Below, piece by piece: positions 28,199 to 37,327 of a stretch of 64,000 nucleotides of DNA. Source of the DNA: Clostridia bacterium (GTDB lineage: Bacteria; Bacillota; Clostridia; Oscillospirales; Acutalibacteraceae); contig JAFQVY010000015.1 of assembly GCA_017407755.1 (NCBI GenBank), forward strand, positions 6,135-70,134. The letters run 5' to 3'. How positions within the stretch are numbered: the stretch's first letter is position 1; each line of letters starts with the position of its first letter. The position numbers were made by a program, and so were the translations under genes. The notes beneath the pieces are model-generated. The model ran no database searches and had not been told where the DNA came from. It saw only the letters and a program-made list of their open reading frames with translations.

Positions 28199-30484
28199 AT
28201 GCGTACAACTGACATAACTAAATACAAAGAAAAAGATACAAAAAAGAAGGGCAACAAAACCTCTTCTCTTGCCAAAACCGTTTTAAGCTCTGCTTTAAAA
28301 GTTTTGCTTACGGTGCTTTTGGTTTGCTTTATAGCAGGTGTGATTGTTTGCTTTAATGTACTTATCTATCTTGTAGGACTTGCTTCTCAGCCTTCGGGTA
28401 TTGACCTTGACGCCAGAAGTTTGAATCAGTCAAGCTTTGTTTACGTTCAGAATCCCGAAACCGAAAAATTTGAAGAGTATCAGATTCTTTACGGAAGCGA
28501 AAACCGCAAGTGGGTTGAGTTTGACGAAATGCCTCCTCACCTTTTTGAGGCAATCATCGCAATTGAAGACAAGCGCTTTTACGACCACAACGGCGTTGAC
28601 TGGCTGAGAACAGGCAAAGCTGTGCTTAACCTTGCCACCTCAGGCGACGACTCCTACGGCGGTTCTACAATTACTCAGCAGCTTATCAAGAACATAACTC
28701 AGGACGACGAAGCAAGCATCAACCGTAAGGTTCGTGAAATCGTAAAGGCTTTAAAGGTTGAGCAGGAATACACCAAGGACGAAATCCTTGAGGCTTACCT
28801 AAATGTTGTTAACTTCGGCGGAAGCTGTCAGGGCGTTGAGGCTGCGGCTAACAGATATTTTGATAAAAGTATCTCCGACTGCACAATTGCCGAGTGTGCC
28901 GCAATTGTAGGTATCACTCAGAACCCCTCTGCCTGGGACCCTTTCATTTATCCCGAAAACAACCAGATTCGCCGTGAGCTTATCATAGACGAAATGCACG
29001 ATCAGGAAAAAATCACCGACGAGGAATACGAAGAAGCTATGGCTGAATCTGCCAATATGCAATTTGCAGATGCCGATGCAGGCAACGTAGATATCAACAG
29101 CGGTGACGTTCAGAACTGGTATCAGGACCAGATGGTTTACGACCTTGCCGCTGATTTGGCTGAGTTATACAACATCACCGAAGATGCCGCAATCGATAAG
29201 CTTTATACAGAAGGCTATCACATTTACTCCGCTATGGACATTGAGGCGCAGAAGATTATTGAGGAAGAAGCCGTTAATATTGACAAAAGCTCTGACCCTG
29301 AGCTTCAGATTGCAATGTCTTTAGTAGGTCTTGACGGCAGAGTTATTGCTACTGCAGGCTCTTCCGAAAAGAAAGAAGCAAACCTGCTTCACGACCGTGC
29401 GCTGCTCACATACCGTCAGCCCGGTTCTTCTATTAAGCCTGTTGTAGCTTACCCCTACGCTTTGGAGCGTAACCTTATTCACTATTCTTCCCTTATTCCC
29501 GACGAACCTCTTGAAGAAGGCTGGGTTTACGACGACGGCACTAAGGGTCCTCATAACTGGTACAGTACCAAGCACAAAAACGGTCTTATGACTGTAGATG
29601 CTATTGAATGGTCATCAAACTGCTGTGCCGCACAGTGCATTCAGATGATTGGCGGCTCTACTGTTGCCTATGACCATGCAACCACCTTCTTAGGCTTTGA
29701 CCATCTTAACGAGGACGACCGTTACTCTATCGCCAGCTTCTCTTTAGGCGGCATGAACGGCGGCGTAACTGCCCGTGAAATGGCAAACGCCTACACCTAT
29801 GTTGCAAACGGCGGTCTTGTATATGAGCCCTACACATACTATTACGTTACAGATAACCGCGGCAACATTATTTTAGATAACCGTGACAATGTTCCTGTTC
29901 AGGCATATTCTAAGGATACCGCCACAATTATGAACAGATTGCTTCAGTATAACGTTTCACACAGTCAGAACACCTCTGCCGGCAGTGCTGCTGTTTACGG
30001 TTGGGAAATCTGCGGCAAAACAGGTACCACCAACGACGATTACGACAGCTGGTTCTGCGGTGTTTCGCCTTATGCTTCTTTGGCGATATGGACAGGTATG
30101 GATATTCCCGAGGAAATCTGGGATACCTCTGTTGCTACAGAAACCTTCTCTAAGGTTATGGGCAGATACCTTGAAGACAAGGAATACAAGGACTACGAGC
30201 TTTCAGAAGGAGTTGTAGAGGCAGAATACTGCACAATTACAGGTAAGCTTGCTTCAAGCACCTGCAAAACTAAGGAAACAGGCTATTATACCGAAGACAA
30301 TATGCCTTCAAAGTGCACAAGCCATGCAGGCTTTATTGAAGACGCAACCACAACTGCTACAGGCTCAGCAGATGGCGATATTCAGCCTTCTACTGAGGCA
30401 ACTGTGGGATTTGACATTATAATCCCAACAGAGTCATCTGTGCCTGAGGCCACAGACCCTGTGGAAACAGAAAGCAGTAACTAA
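28199..30484 (+). CDS. Class A penicillin-binding protein (PBP1A family glycosyltransferase/transpeptidase)
   Basis: N-terminal TM. GT51 motifs EDKRFYDHNG and GGSTITQQL. Transpeptidase motifs SSIKP, WSSN and KTGTT. Confidence 0.93.
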   Translation: MRTTDITKYKEKDTKKKGNKTSSLAKTVLSSALKVLLTVLLVCFIAGVIVCFNVLIYLVGLASQPSGIDLDARSLNQSSFVYVQNPETEKFEEYQILYGSENRKWVEFDEMPPHLFEAIIAIEDKRFYDHNGVDWLRTGKAVLNLATSGDDSYGGSTITQQLIKNITQDDEASINRKVREIVKALKVEQEYTKDEILEAYLNVVNFGGSCQGVEAAANRYFDKSISDCTIAECAAIVGITQNPSAWDPFIYPENNQIRRELIIDEMHDQEKITDEEYEEAMAESANMQFADADAGNVDINSGDVQNWYQDQMVYDLAADLAELYNITEDAAIDKLYTEGYHIYSAMDIEAQKIIEEEAVNIDKSSDPELQIAMSLVGLDGRVIATAGSSEKKEANLLHDRALLTYRQPGSSIKPVVAYPYALERNLIHYSSLIPDEPLEEGWVYDDGTKGPHNWYSTKHKNGLMTVDAIEWSSNCCAAQCIQMIGGSTVAYDHATTFLGFDHLNEDDRYSIASFSLGGMNGGVTAREMANAYTYVANGGLVYEPYTYYYVTDNRGNIILDNRDNVPVQAYSKDTATIMNRLLQYNVSHSQNTSAGSAAVYGWEICGKTGTTNDDYDSWFCGVSPYASLAIWTGMDIPEEIWDTSVATETFSKVMGRYLEDKEYKDYELSEGVVEAEYCTITGKLASSTCKTKETGYYTEDNMPSKCTSHAGFIEDATTTATGSADGDIQPSTEATVGFDIIIPTESSVPEATDPVETESSN

Positions 30485-30516
30485 ACAAGGAAAACTAAAG
30501 GTAGGAGTGAACATAA

Positions 30517-31764
30517 ATGATATCAGTGGCAATTATGGGACACGGTGTAGTCGGCTCAGGCGTTGACGAAATCATCCGCACCCATAAAGAAAGGCTTTTC
30601 TCTGCTATCGGCGAAGAGCTTGACGTAAAATATATACTCGACTTAAGGGATTTCCCCGACAGTCCCCACGCTGACAGATTTACCAAAGATTTTGAAGATA
30701 TTATCTCTGACGTTGAAGTAAGAGTCGTTGTTGAGGCAATGGGCGGCTTAAACCCTGCTTATGACTTTACAAAAAGATGTCTTAAAGCAGGCAAAAGCGT
30801 TGTTACCTCTAACAAAGAGCTTGTTGCACAATTTGGCGCCGAGCTTTTGCAGATTGCTAAGGACAACAATGCAAACTACCTCTTTGAAGCAAGCGTTGGC
30901 GGCGGTATTCCTATTATCCGTCCCCTTAGCAAATGCCTTGCCGCCAATGAGGTTGACGAAATTGCAGGTATCTTAAACGGCACAACAAACTTTATTCTTA
31001 CAAAAATGATTTCCGAGGGTATGGGCTTTGATGAAGCTTTAAAGCTTGCTCAGGAGCTTGGCTATGCCGAAAAAGACCCCACTGCCGACGTTGAAGGTCA
31101 TGACGCTTGCAGAAAAATCTGTATCTTGGCATCTCTTGCTTACGGCAAGCACGTTTACCCCGACAATGTACATACCGAGGGTATTTCCAAGATTACTCTT
31201 GAAGACGTTAAATATGCCGAAAACTGGGGCGGCGTTATTAAGCTTATCGGCCGCTGTAAGGTAGAAAGTGACGGTAGAATGGACATCGGCGTTGCTCCTA
31301 TGTTTGTTCCAAGTAAGAGCCAGCTTGCCAACATCAATGACGTGTTCAACGGCATTATGGTTCGCGGCGACTGCACAGGCGACGTTGTGTTCTACGGCAA
31401 AGGTGCAGGTAAACTGCCTACAGCTTCCGCTGTTGTTGCCGACGTTATCGACTGTGCTCTGCACCTTAAGCGCAGAAAGATGATTTTCTGGGCAGACTCA
31501 AAGGAGCAGAACCTTCTTTCCAAGGAAGAAAGCAAGTCAGCTCTTTATGTTCGTGTAAACGCCGAAGATAAAGAGACTGCATATAATAAAGTAACTGAAG
31601 CTTTAGGCGAGGTAAAGGTTCTCACCCGTGAAAACGAGCCCCAGAACGAAACCGCCTTTGCTACTAAGGCTGAGGTTAAATACGGCGAGGCTATGAAGGC
31701 TCTTGAGGCTCTTAAGGCACAGGGCATTGAAATCCTCTCCGTTCTCAGAATCGGAAACTTATAA
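30517..31764 (+). CDS. hom: Homoserine dehydrogenase
   Basis: VAIMGHGVVGSGV NAD-binding site, TSNKELVA, GILNGTTNFIL, and a C-terminal ACT-like domain. Confidence 0.92.
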   Translation: MISVAIMGHGVVGSGVDEIIRTHKERLFSAIGEELDVKYILDLRDFPDSPHADRFTKDFEDIISDVEVRVVVEAMGGLNPAYDFTKRCLKAGKSVVTSNKELVAQFGAELLQIAKDNNANYLFEASVGGGIPIIRPLSKCLAANEVDEIAGILNGTTNFILTKMISEGMGFDEALKLAQELGYAEKDPTADVEGHDACRKICILASLAYGKHVYPDNVHTEGISKITLEDVKYAENWGGVIKLIGRCKVESDGRMDIGVAPMFVPSKSQLANINDVFNGIMVRGDCTGDVVFYGKGAGKLPTASAVVADVIDCALHLKRRKMIFWADSKEQNLLSKEESKSALYVRVNAEDKETAYNKVTEALGEVKVLTRENEPQNETAFATKAEVKYGEAMKALEALKAQGIEILSVLRIGNL

Positions 31765-31785
31765 TACTGAAAGGGTTATTAAAAT

Positions 31786-33000
31786 ATGAGTTTAATTGTT
31801 CAGAAGTTTGGCGGCTCTTCCGTTGCCGACAAAGACAGAGTAATGAATGTTGCCTCTATTGTGGCAGATACTTACAAAAAGGGCAACGATGTAGTAGTTG
31901 TTGTTTCTGCACAGGGCGACACAACAGACGACCTTATTGCAAAGTATAAGGAAATTGACGAAAATGCAAGCGACAGAGAAAAAGATATGCTTTTAGCCGC
32001 AGGCGAGCAGATTTCTATTTCACTTCTTGCAATGGCACTTCATAAGTTAGGTTGCCCTGCGATTTCCCTCTTAGGCTGGCAGGCAGGCTTTGCTACCTCC
32101 TCTTCACACACCCGTGCAAGAATCAAAAAGGTAGACACAACACGCCTTAAGGCTGAAATTGCTAAAAAGCAGATTGTTGTTGTAGCAGGCTTCCAGGGTC
32201 TTAACAAGTATGATGACATCACAACACTGGGTCGCGGCGGTTCTGACACAAGTGCAGTTGCAATTGCTGCAGCAATGCACGCTGACCTTTGTCAGATTTA
32301 CACAGACGTTGAGGGCGTTTACACAGCAGACCCCAGAAAGATTCCCGAAGCAATAAAGCTTCCTGAAATATCTTACGACGAAATGCTTGAGCTTGCTTCC
32401 CTTGGTGCACAGGTTCTTAACAACCGCAGCGTAGAGCTTGCAAAGAAATTTGGAATTGAGCTTGAGGTACTTTCAAGCTTAACACATAAACCCGGTACAA
32501 TAGTAAAGGAGAAACCTAAAATGGAAAAAATTCTTATCAGCGGTGTAGCTAAAGACACCGATATAGCACGTATTTCTGTTACAAACATTCCCAACGAACC
32601 CGGCTTTGCTTTCAAGATGTTCTCACTTCTTTCTGCAAAGAACATCAACGTTGACATTATCCTTCAGTCAATCGGCAGAAACAACACAAAGGACATCACC
32701 TTCACAGTTGCTAAGGACAACGGAGCTAAAGCTGTAGAAATTCTTGAGAAAAACTACATCAACAAGTACGACGGCGCTCAGGTTCTTCTTGACGACTCTG
32801 TTGCCAAGGTTTCTATCGTTGGCTCAGGTATGGAAAGCCACCCCGGCGTTGCTTCCGATATGTTTGAAGCTCTTGCTGATGCACAGATTAACATCTCTAT
32901 GATTTCTACTTCCGAAATCAAGATTTCCGTTTTAATCGATGCCGACTACGCTGACAAGGCAGTTCGTGTTCTTCACGACAAGTTCTTCTCTGAGGTTTAA
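31786..33000 (+). CDS. lysC: Aspartate kinase
   Basis: IVQKFGGSSV, GRGGSDTSA, and two C-terminal ACT domains. Confidence 0.93.
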   Translation: MSLIVQKFGGSSVADKDRVMNVASIVADTYKKGNDVVVVVSAQGDTTDDLIAKYKEIDENASDREKDMLLAAGEQISISLLAMALHKLGCPAISLLGWQAGFATSSSHTRARIKKVDTTRLKAEIAKKQIVVVAGFQGLNKYDDITTLGRGGSDTSAVAIAAAMHADLCQIYTDVEGVYTADPRKIPEAIKLPEISYDEMLELASLGAQVLNNRSVELAKKFGIELEVLSSLTHKPGTIVKEKPKMEKILISGVAKDTDIARISVTNIPNEPGFAFKMFSLLSAKNINVDIILQSIGRNNTKDITFTVAKDNGAKAVEILEKNYINKYDGAQVLLDDSVAKVSIVGSGMESHPGVASDMFEALADAQINISMISTSEIKISVLIDADYADKAVRVLHDKFFSEV

Positions 33001-33016
33001 TTTAATTTTAAATTAC

Positions 33017-33059
33017 AAAAAAGGAGATCCCCCAATCGGGAATCTCCTTTTTGTTTTTT
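33017..33059. terminator. Bidirectional terminator between lysC and the convergent giant gene
   Basis: AAAAAGGAGATCCC...GGGAATCTCCTTTTTGTTTTTT. Confidence 0.8.
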
Positions 33060-33064
33060 AAATA

Positions 33065-34009
33065 TCAGCCATTATATTCCTTAGCCGCCTGATTGTAAGC
33101 GTAAAGTGCCTTGACTACATTTTGAAGGTTTGTGTTACTTCCCTTAAGTGCAAGATCACCGTAGCTCAGAGCGTTGTAATTTAAGGTTAAATTACCGACT
33201 TCTACAATACAGTCGCTATCAAGGTTCTGAGCCAAGATGCCCTCTACCTTAACTTCAAAGTATTCGCCCTTATCTACAGCCTTTACTACCTTGCCGTTTG
33301 GAAGGGTGAATACTACTCTGGCATTTTCATCTGCAAGAGCCGCATCTGAAAGCTTTATATGGAAGCTTACTGCTATATTGTCTTTAAGGCTTATGTTGTA
33401 GCCTTTTACCTCTGAAATCTGCTGAACTAAACCGCAGTTGGTACATACGTTGTTTTCAAAGTTATGCTGGCATACCAACTTACAATTTGTGCAAACACCG
33501 TCTGCCCAAATATGAGAACAATTTTCGCCGCAGTTTTCGCAAACACCGTCTGTCCACTTATGACCAAGTGCAGGAATTGTCTTCTGCTCTGCAAGCACTT
33601 CACCGCAAACCGAGCATTTCTTACCCTCTGTAAGACCTGTCTCTGTGCAAGTTGCATCTTTGCCTGCTATGGTTTCTTCCTTGTGGTCAAGCTTAGAAAT
33701 TTCTTCCTGTGCTACAAGAATTTCACCGCAAACCGAGCATTTCTTACCTTCTGTAAGACCTGTCTCTGTGCAAGTTGCAGCTTTGCCTGCTATGGTTTCT
33801 TCCTTGTGGTCAAGCTTAGAAATTTCTTCCTGTGCTACAAGAATTTCGCCGCAAACCGAGCATTTCTTACCCTCTGTAAGACCTGTCTCTGTGCAAGTTG
33901 CATCTTTGCCTGCTATGGTTTCTTCCTTGTGGTCAAGCTTGGGAATTTCTTCCTGTGCTACAAGAACTTCACCGCAAACTGAGCATTTCTTACCCTCTGT
34001 AAGACCTGT
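33065..34009 (-). pseudogene. In-frame continuation of the giant secreted protein downstream of the internal TAG: 3.5 Cys-rich repeats, a CxxC cluster and a ~120-aa C-terminal domain
   Basis: I translated 34009 to 33598 by hand. There are no stops, and it is in the same frame as 34010-37294 (945 nt apart). The ORF-track start at 33598 is an internal GTG inside repeat 8. Confidence 0.8.
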
Positions 34010-34525
34010 CTATGTGCAAGTTGCATCTTTGCCTGCTATGGTTTCTTCCTTGTGGTCAAGCTTGGATATTTCTTCCTGTGCTACAAGAACTTCACCGCAA
34101 ACCGAGCACTTCTTACCTTCTGTAAGACCTGTCTCTGTGCAAGTTGCATCTTTGCCTGCTATGGTTTCTTCCTTGTGGCCAAGCTTAGGAATTTCTTCCT
34201 GCGCTACAAGAACTTCGTCGCAAACCGAGCACTTCTTACCTTCTGTAAGACCTGCCTCGGTGCAAGTTGCAGCTTTGCCCTTTAAGGTTTCTTCGGTGTG
34301 GCTTGCAGGAATTTCTTCCTGTGCTTTTGTGATTACACCGCAAACAGAGCACTTCTTGCCCTCTGTAAGGCCTGCCTCGGTACAAGTAGCGTCTTTGCCC
34401 TCTATAGTTTCTTCTTTGTGGCCAAGTGCGGGAATTGTTGTCTGCTTAGTAAGTACTTCACCGCAATCTAAGCATTCCTTACCCTCAGTAAGACCTGACT
34501 CTGTGCAAGTTGCGGCTACCGCAGA
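33560..34525 (-). repeat. Eight in-frame tandem repeats (seven of 123 nt, one of 120 nt) encoding 40-41-aa Cys-rich modules
   Basis: The anchor CTCTGTG/CTCGGTG recurs at 33641, 33764, 33887, 34010, 34133, 34256, 34376 and 34499. Consensus: EETIAGKDATCTETGLTEGKKCSVCGEVLVAQEEIxKLxHK. Units 4-8 are nearly identical at the DNA level. Confidence 0.95.
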
Positions 34526-37294
34526 CAAGGTCTTCACGTTTGTATGTGCACAGGCTTCTTCTACGGTGTAGCTGCCTGTAACATTGTGGTATGTGCCACT
34601 CCACTCAAAGAGGAGGATAATCTGGTTTTCTGCATAGGCTACTTCTTCTGTTGCCCATTTTCCGTTAGAACCCTTATCCCAAGTCTTCATTGCAACTGCT
34701 TCAGCAGGAACTGAAGTCTTATAAACCTTAAAGTTCTGCTTATCGTTGCTCCAGTATTCGGAGCCTACAGCGTACTGAACAGTTTCGCCTGTAGCAGTAA
34801 GAGTAGCATCGCCTGCAAGATTTGTGGAATTATTCCAGTAATGAAGTGTGGGAACAAAATCTTTAATGTACTCAATTACACCTACATATACTGTCTTGTT
34901 CTCAACAACGGGAAGCTCATCAGATGCCTTTGAAACAGTAAGTCTCTTTGCATCGGTATCAAAGGTAAATGTGTATGTTCCGCCCGTAGCTGTAAACTTA
35001 CAGTTGTCAGTAACAGATGTAGACATTTCCCAACGCATTGCACTGTCAGTAATTGTACCTGTATTACTATACCAAGCGCCGTTTGCATCAATCTTGAAAT
35101 CATAAGTGCCTGCCTCAAAAGCCTTGGTAATGGTGTAAACATTAGCTGTTGCTGTCTTCTTAAAGGGGTCTGTGCTTTGCCAGCTGTTAAATGCACCCTT
35201 AAGGTAGATTGCAGAATTCTCAGAAGACAAAGTGTCGGCTGTGTTGTATGTAATCTTATATGTACCGTCAGCCTTCATTACAAAAGTAAGAGTTCTGTAT
35301 GTGCCGTCTGAGTTTGCTGTACCGATAATAGCGGCTGAGCCTGCAGGAGCATTTGTATTCACTGTAACAGTAGAGCCGCTTAAGGTTACAAAGCCCTGAG
35401 CAGCATCGCCCATAACAAGGTCACCGTCAAGGTTAACGGTAAAGGAAGTTATGCTTGATGACATTGTAACTGTTGAGCCGTCCTGTGCAATACCGCCGGC
35501 AGCTAAGCTGTTCTCGGTGTTATTTGCATGAAGTGTAAGAGCAAGGCCTTCAAAGGACTCAGATGTAAGAGCCACTGTGTTGTTATCTGGCTTACTTGCA
35601 TTTGATGAGAAGCGGATTGTAGCATCTTTAAGCTTGCCGTTATACACTCTGAATGAGCTGTTGATACCAAGGTTTTCAAGATATGCAATAAAATCTGCAT
35701 CTGCATCGGAGTCTAATACAACGGAAGCTGATACACTTGCACCAATCGCCCAATAATAAAGTGTATTTTCAGAAGAATCGAAGTATACTCTGCCTTCTCT
35801 TGTCAGGTAGGTTGAACCTGTAGAGGGGTCAAGTATGCGGTATGTACCGTTTGTAAGAACGGAAGGAACTGTAAAATCAGGTGTAACTGTATCATCAACT
35901 GCAGTAAGGTAGTAGCTTTCAAGAGACTGATAGTTCATGCTTGTAACAAGACTATCGTACATATCAGAAACCTCTGCCTTAACTGTAACGCTAACGCCGC
36001 CGGGCATAACCTGAGTCTTATTACGGGAATCGTCACCTGTAACAAGGAAGATTGTGTTGCCCTTAGCCATTGTTGCTCCTGTTTCGATTTCGGGCTCTGT
36101 AATACCAATGAGCCAACCGGGAGATGCAGTTACCTTAGCGTTCTCTGCCTCAGCCTCAACAAGCTCTGCATAAACGTCGCTTATTGATTTGCCTGTTAGA
36201 GCACCGCCTGTGTTTGCATAATAATAAGCATAAGTGCGCATCCACATAGGTCTGCGGGCAGTCTCTATAAGTGCATCTTCCAAGTTTTCTTTATCTTTAT
36301 AAAGAGCAGCAAGTGCACTTGCTACCTGAGGTGTAATGAAAACCACTCGGTGAGTATCGGCATAAATGTCAGAGTCAGCACTGCCTAAACCGCCAAGATT
36401 CTTTTCGGTAATATCCCAAGCGATTATCTTCATAATCTCTTCGGGTAAATCTGTTGCAGGAGTAACGTTGTTACCCCACATAGCAAAAGAGGTAGCAGTA
36501 ACTGTGCTGTCGTTAAGACCAAAACCCTGCTGAACGTTATAGGGCTCCCAGCCGATATCAAGACAAGCCTGCTCGTTTTCTGAGAAAACAAGAGGTTGCA
36601 TATAGCCAAAGGAAGTTGAACGCTCTATTTTTGCAAGGTTAATAAGTGCAAACTCGATAAATCTGCCTAAAGAGATGTTAACCTCTTCGGTTGTCATACC
36701 CTGAGCATTATCAACGCCAAGCTGACGGGCAAGAGGGCCGTTGACAAATGCCATAGGTGTTAAACTGCCATCTGCAAGCGAGCTTACGTAAGCTTCGTCA
36801 TTCATAGCCTTAACAAAAGCTATACAAATAGGCATACACTCTGCAGAACAGCCTGACATAACTGCATTTACTGCAACCTGATAAGCAGTAACCTGAAGAT
36901 TGCCGATAGTGGCAACTACATCAGTGTCTGCCTCAGGTATATATCTCATAAATTTTTCAACCTTTAAGGTTGTGGGAGGAATAACAGGCATACCGTCTGT
37001 CTGCCCCAAATCCTTATAATAATCCTGTACCTGGTGGTACGCACCTGTAAACACAACTTCTGCACAATTTGTGTTAACAGAAGAACCGCTGACAGGCGAA
37101 ACTACCTTGAAAACGTTTTCGTCAGGCTCAAGGCAATCGCAATCGTCCTCGGCACAGTTAAGGTCTTCGTAAGAGTTAATGGTTTCATCATCATAATGAT
37201 ATGCATTTGCTGTAAAACCTACTGACATAAGGCTTAAGCCCATCATCAGACAGAGGAGTACAGCAACTACACGTTTAAATAAATTAGACTTCAT
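34010..37294 (-). CDS. Giant secreted protein, paralog B: unrecognised core domain + beta-rich domain + two CBM-like modules + Cys-rich repeats (ends at an in-frame TAG)
   Basis: Signal peptide MKSNLFKRVVAVLLCLMMGLSLMSVGFTANA. The core (DGMPVIPPT...AYQVAVNAVMSGC...GWEPYNVQQGF...RRPMWMRTYAYYYANTG) is paralogous to 37328-40021. CBM-like segments are YLKGAFNSWQ...GTYTFTFDTDAKRLTV and PTLHYWNN... Confidence 0.85.
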   Translation of the reverse strand: MKSNLFKRVVAVLLCLMMGLSLMSVGFTANAYHYDDETINSYEDLNCAEDDCDCLEPDENVFKVVSPVSGSSVNTNCAEVVFTGAYHQVQDYYKDLGQTDGMPVIPPTTLKVEKFMRYIPEADTDVVATIGNLQVTAYQVAVNAVMSGCSAECMPICIAFVKAMNDEAYVSSLADGSLTPMAFVNGPLARQLGVDNAQGMTTEEVNISLGRFIEFALINLAKIERSTSFGYMQPLVFSENEQACLDIGWEPYNVQQGFGLNDSTVTATSFAMWGNNVTPATDLPEEIMKIIAWDITEKNLGGLGSADSDIYADTHRVVFITPQVASALAALYKDKENLEDALIETARRPMWMRTYAYYYANTGGALTGKSISDVYAELVEAEAENAKVTASPGWLIGITEPEIETGATMAKGNTIFLVTGDDSRNKTQVMPGGVSVTVKAEVSDMYDSLVTSMNYQSLESYYLTAVDDTVTPDFTVPSVLTNGTYRILDPSTGSTYLTREGRVYFDSSENTLYYWAIGASVSASVVLDSDADADFIAYLENLGINSSFRVYNGKLKDATIRFSSNASKPDNNTVALTSESFEGLALTLHANNTENSLAAGGIAQDGSTVTMSSSITSFTVNLDGDLVMGDAAQGFVTLSGSTVTVNTNAPAGSAAIIGTANSDGTYRTLTFVMKADGTYKITYNTADTLSSENSAIYLKGAFNSWQSTDPFKKTATANVYTITKAFEAGTYDFKIDANGAWYSNTGTITDSAMRWEMSTSVTDNCKFTATGGTYTFTFDTDAKRLTVSKASDELPVVENKTVYVGVIEYIKDFVPTLHYWNNSTNLAGDATLTATGETVQYAVGSEYWSNDKQNFKVYKTSVPAEAVAMKTWDKGSNGKWATEEVAYAENQIILLFEWSGTYHNVTGSYTVEEACAHTNVKTLSAVAATCTESGLTEGKECLDCGEVLTKQTTIPALGHKEETIEGKDATCTEAGLTEGKKCSVCGVITKAQEEIPASHTEETLKGKAATCTEAGLTEGKKCSVCDEVLVAQEEIPKLGHKEETIAGKDATCTETGLTEGKKCSVCGEVLVAQEEISKLDHKEETIAGKDATCT

Positions 37295-37327
37295 ATAGTA
37301 ACATCCTTTCTGAATTTTGGTTAAACC

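Noticed and set aside
34010-34012. TAG read as pyrrolysine or programmed read-through
   Set aside because: No pyl genes or PYLIS-like context are visible. The seven homologous repeat positions all encode Glu (GAG), so a simple point mutation or sequencing error is far more likely.
33560-34525. Possible CRISPR array because of regularly spaced repeats
   Set aside because: The units are contiguous with no unique spacers. They are 120-123 nt long and in frame within a protein-coding gene, and no cas genes are present in the window.
33464-34571. Long plus-strand ORFs (33464-33982, 33645-34571, 34052-34285) with repetitive Cys/Ser/Leu-rich translations
   Set aside because: They lie antisense to the 123-nt coding repeats of the minus-strand giant gene. 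Their periodicity simply mirrors that array. They have no RBS, and the minus-strand frame has clear protein-like conservation.
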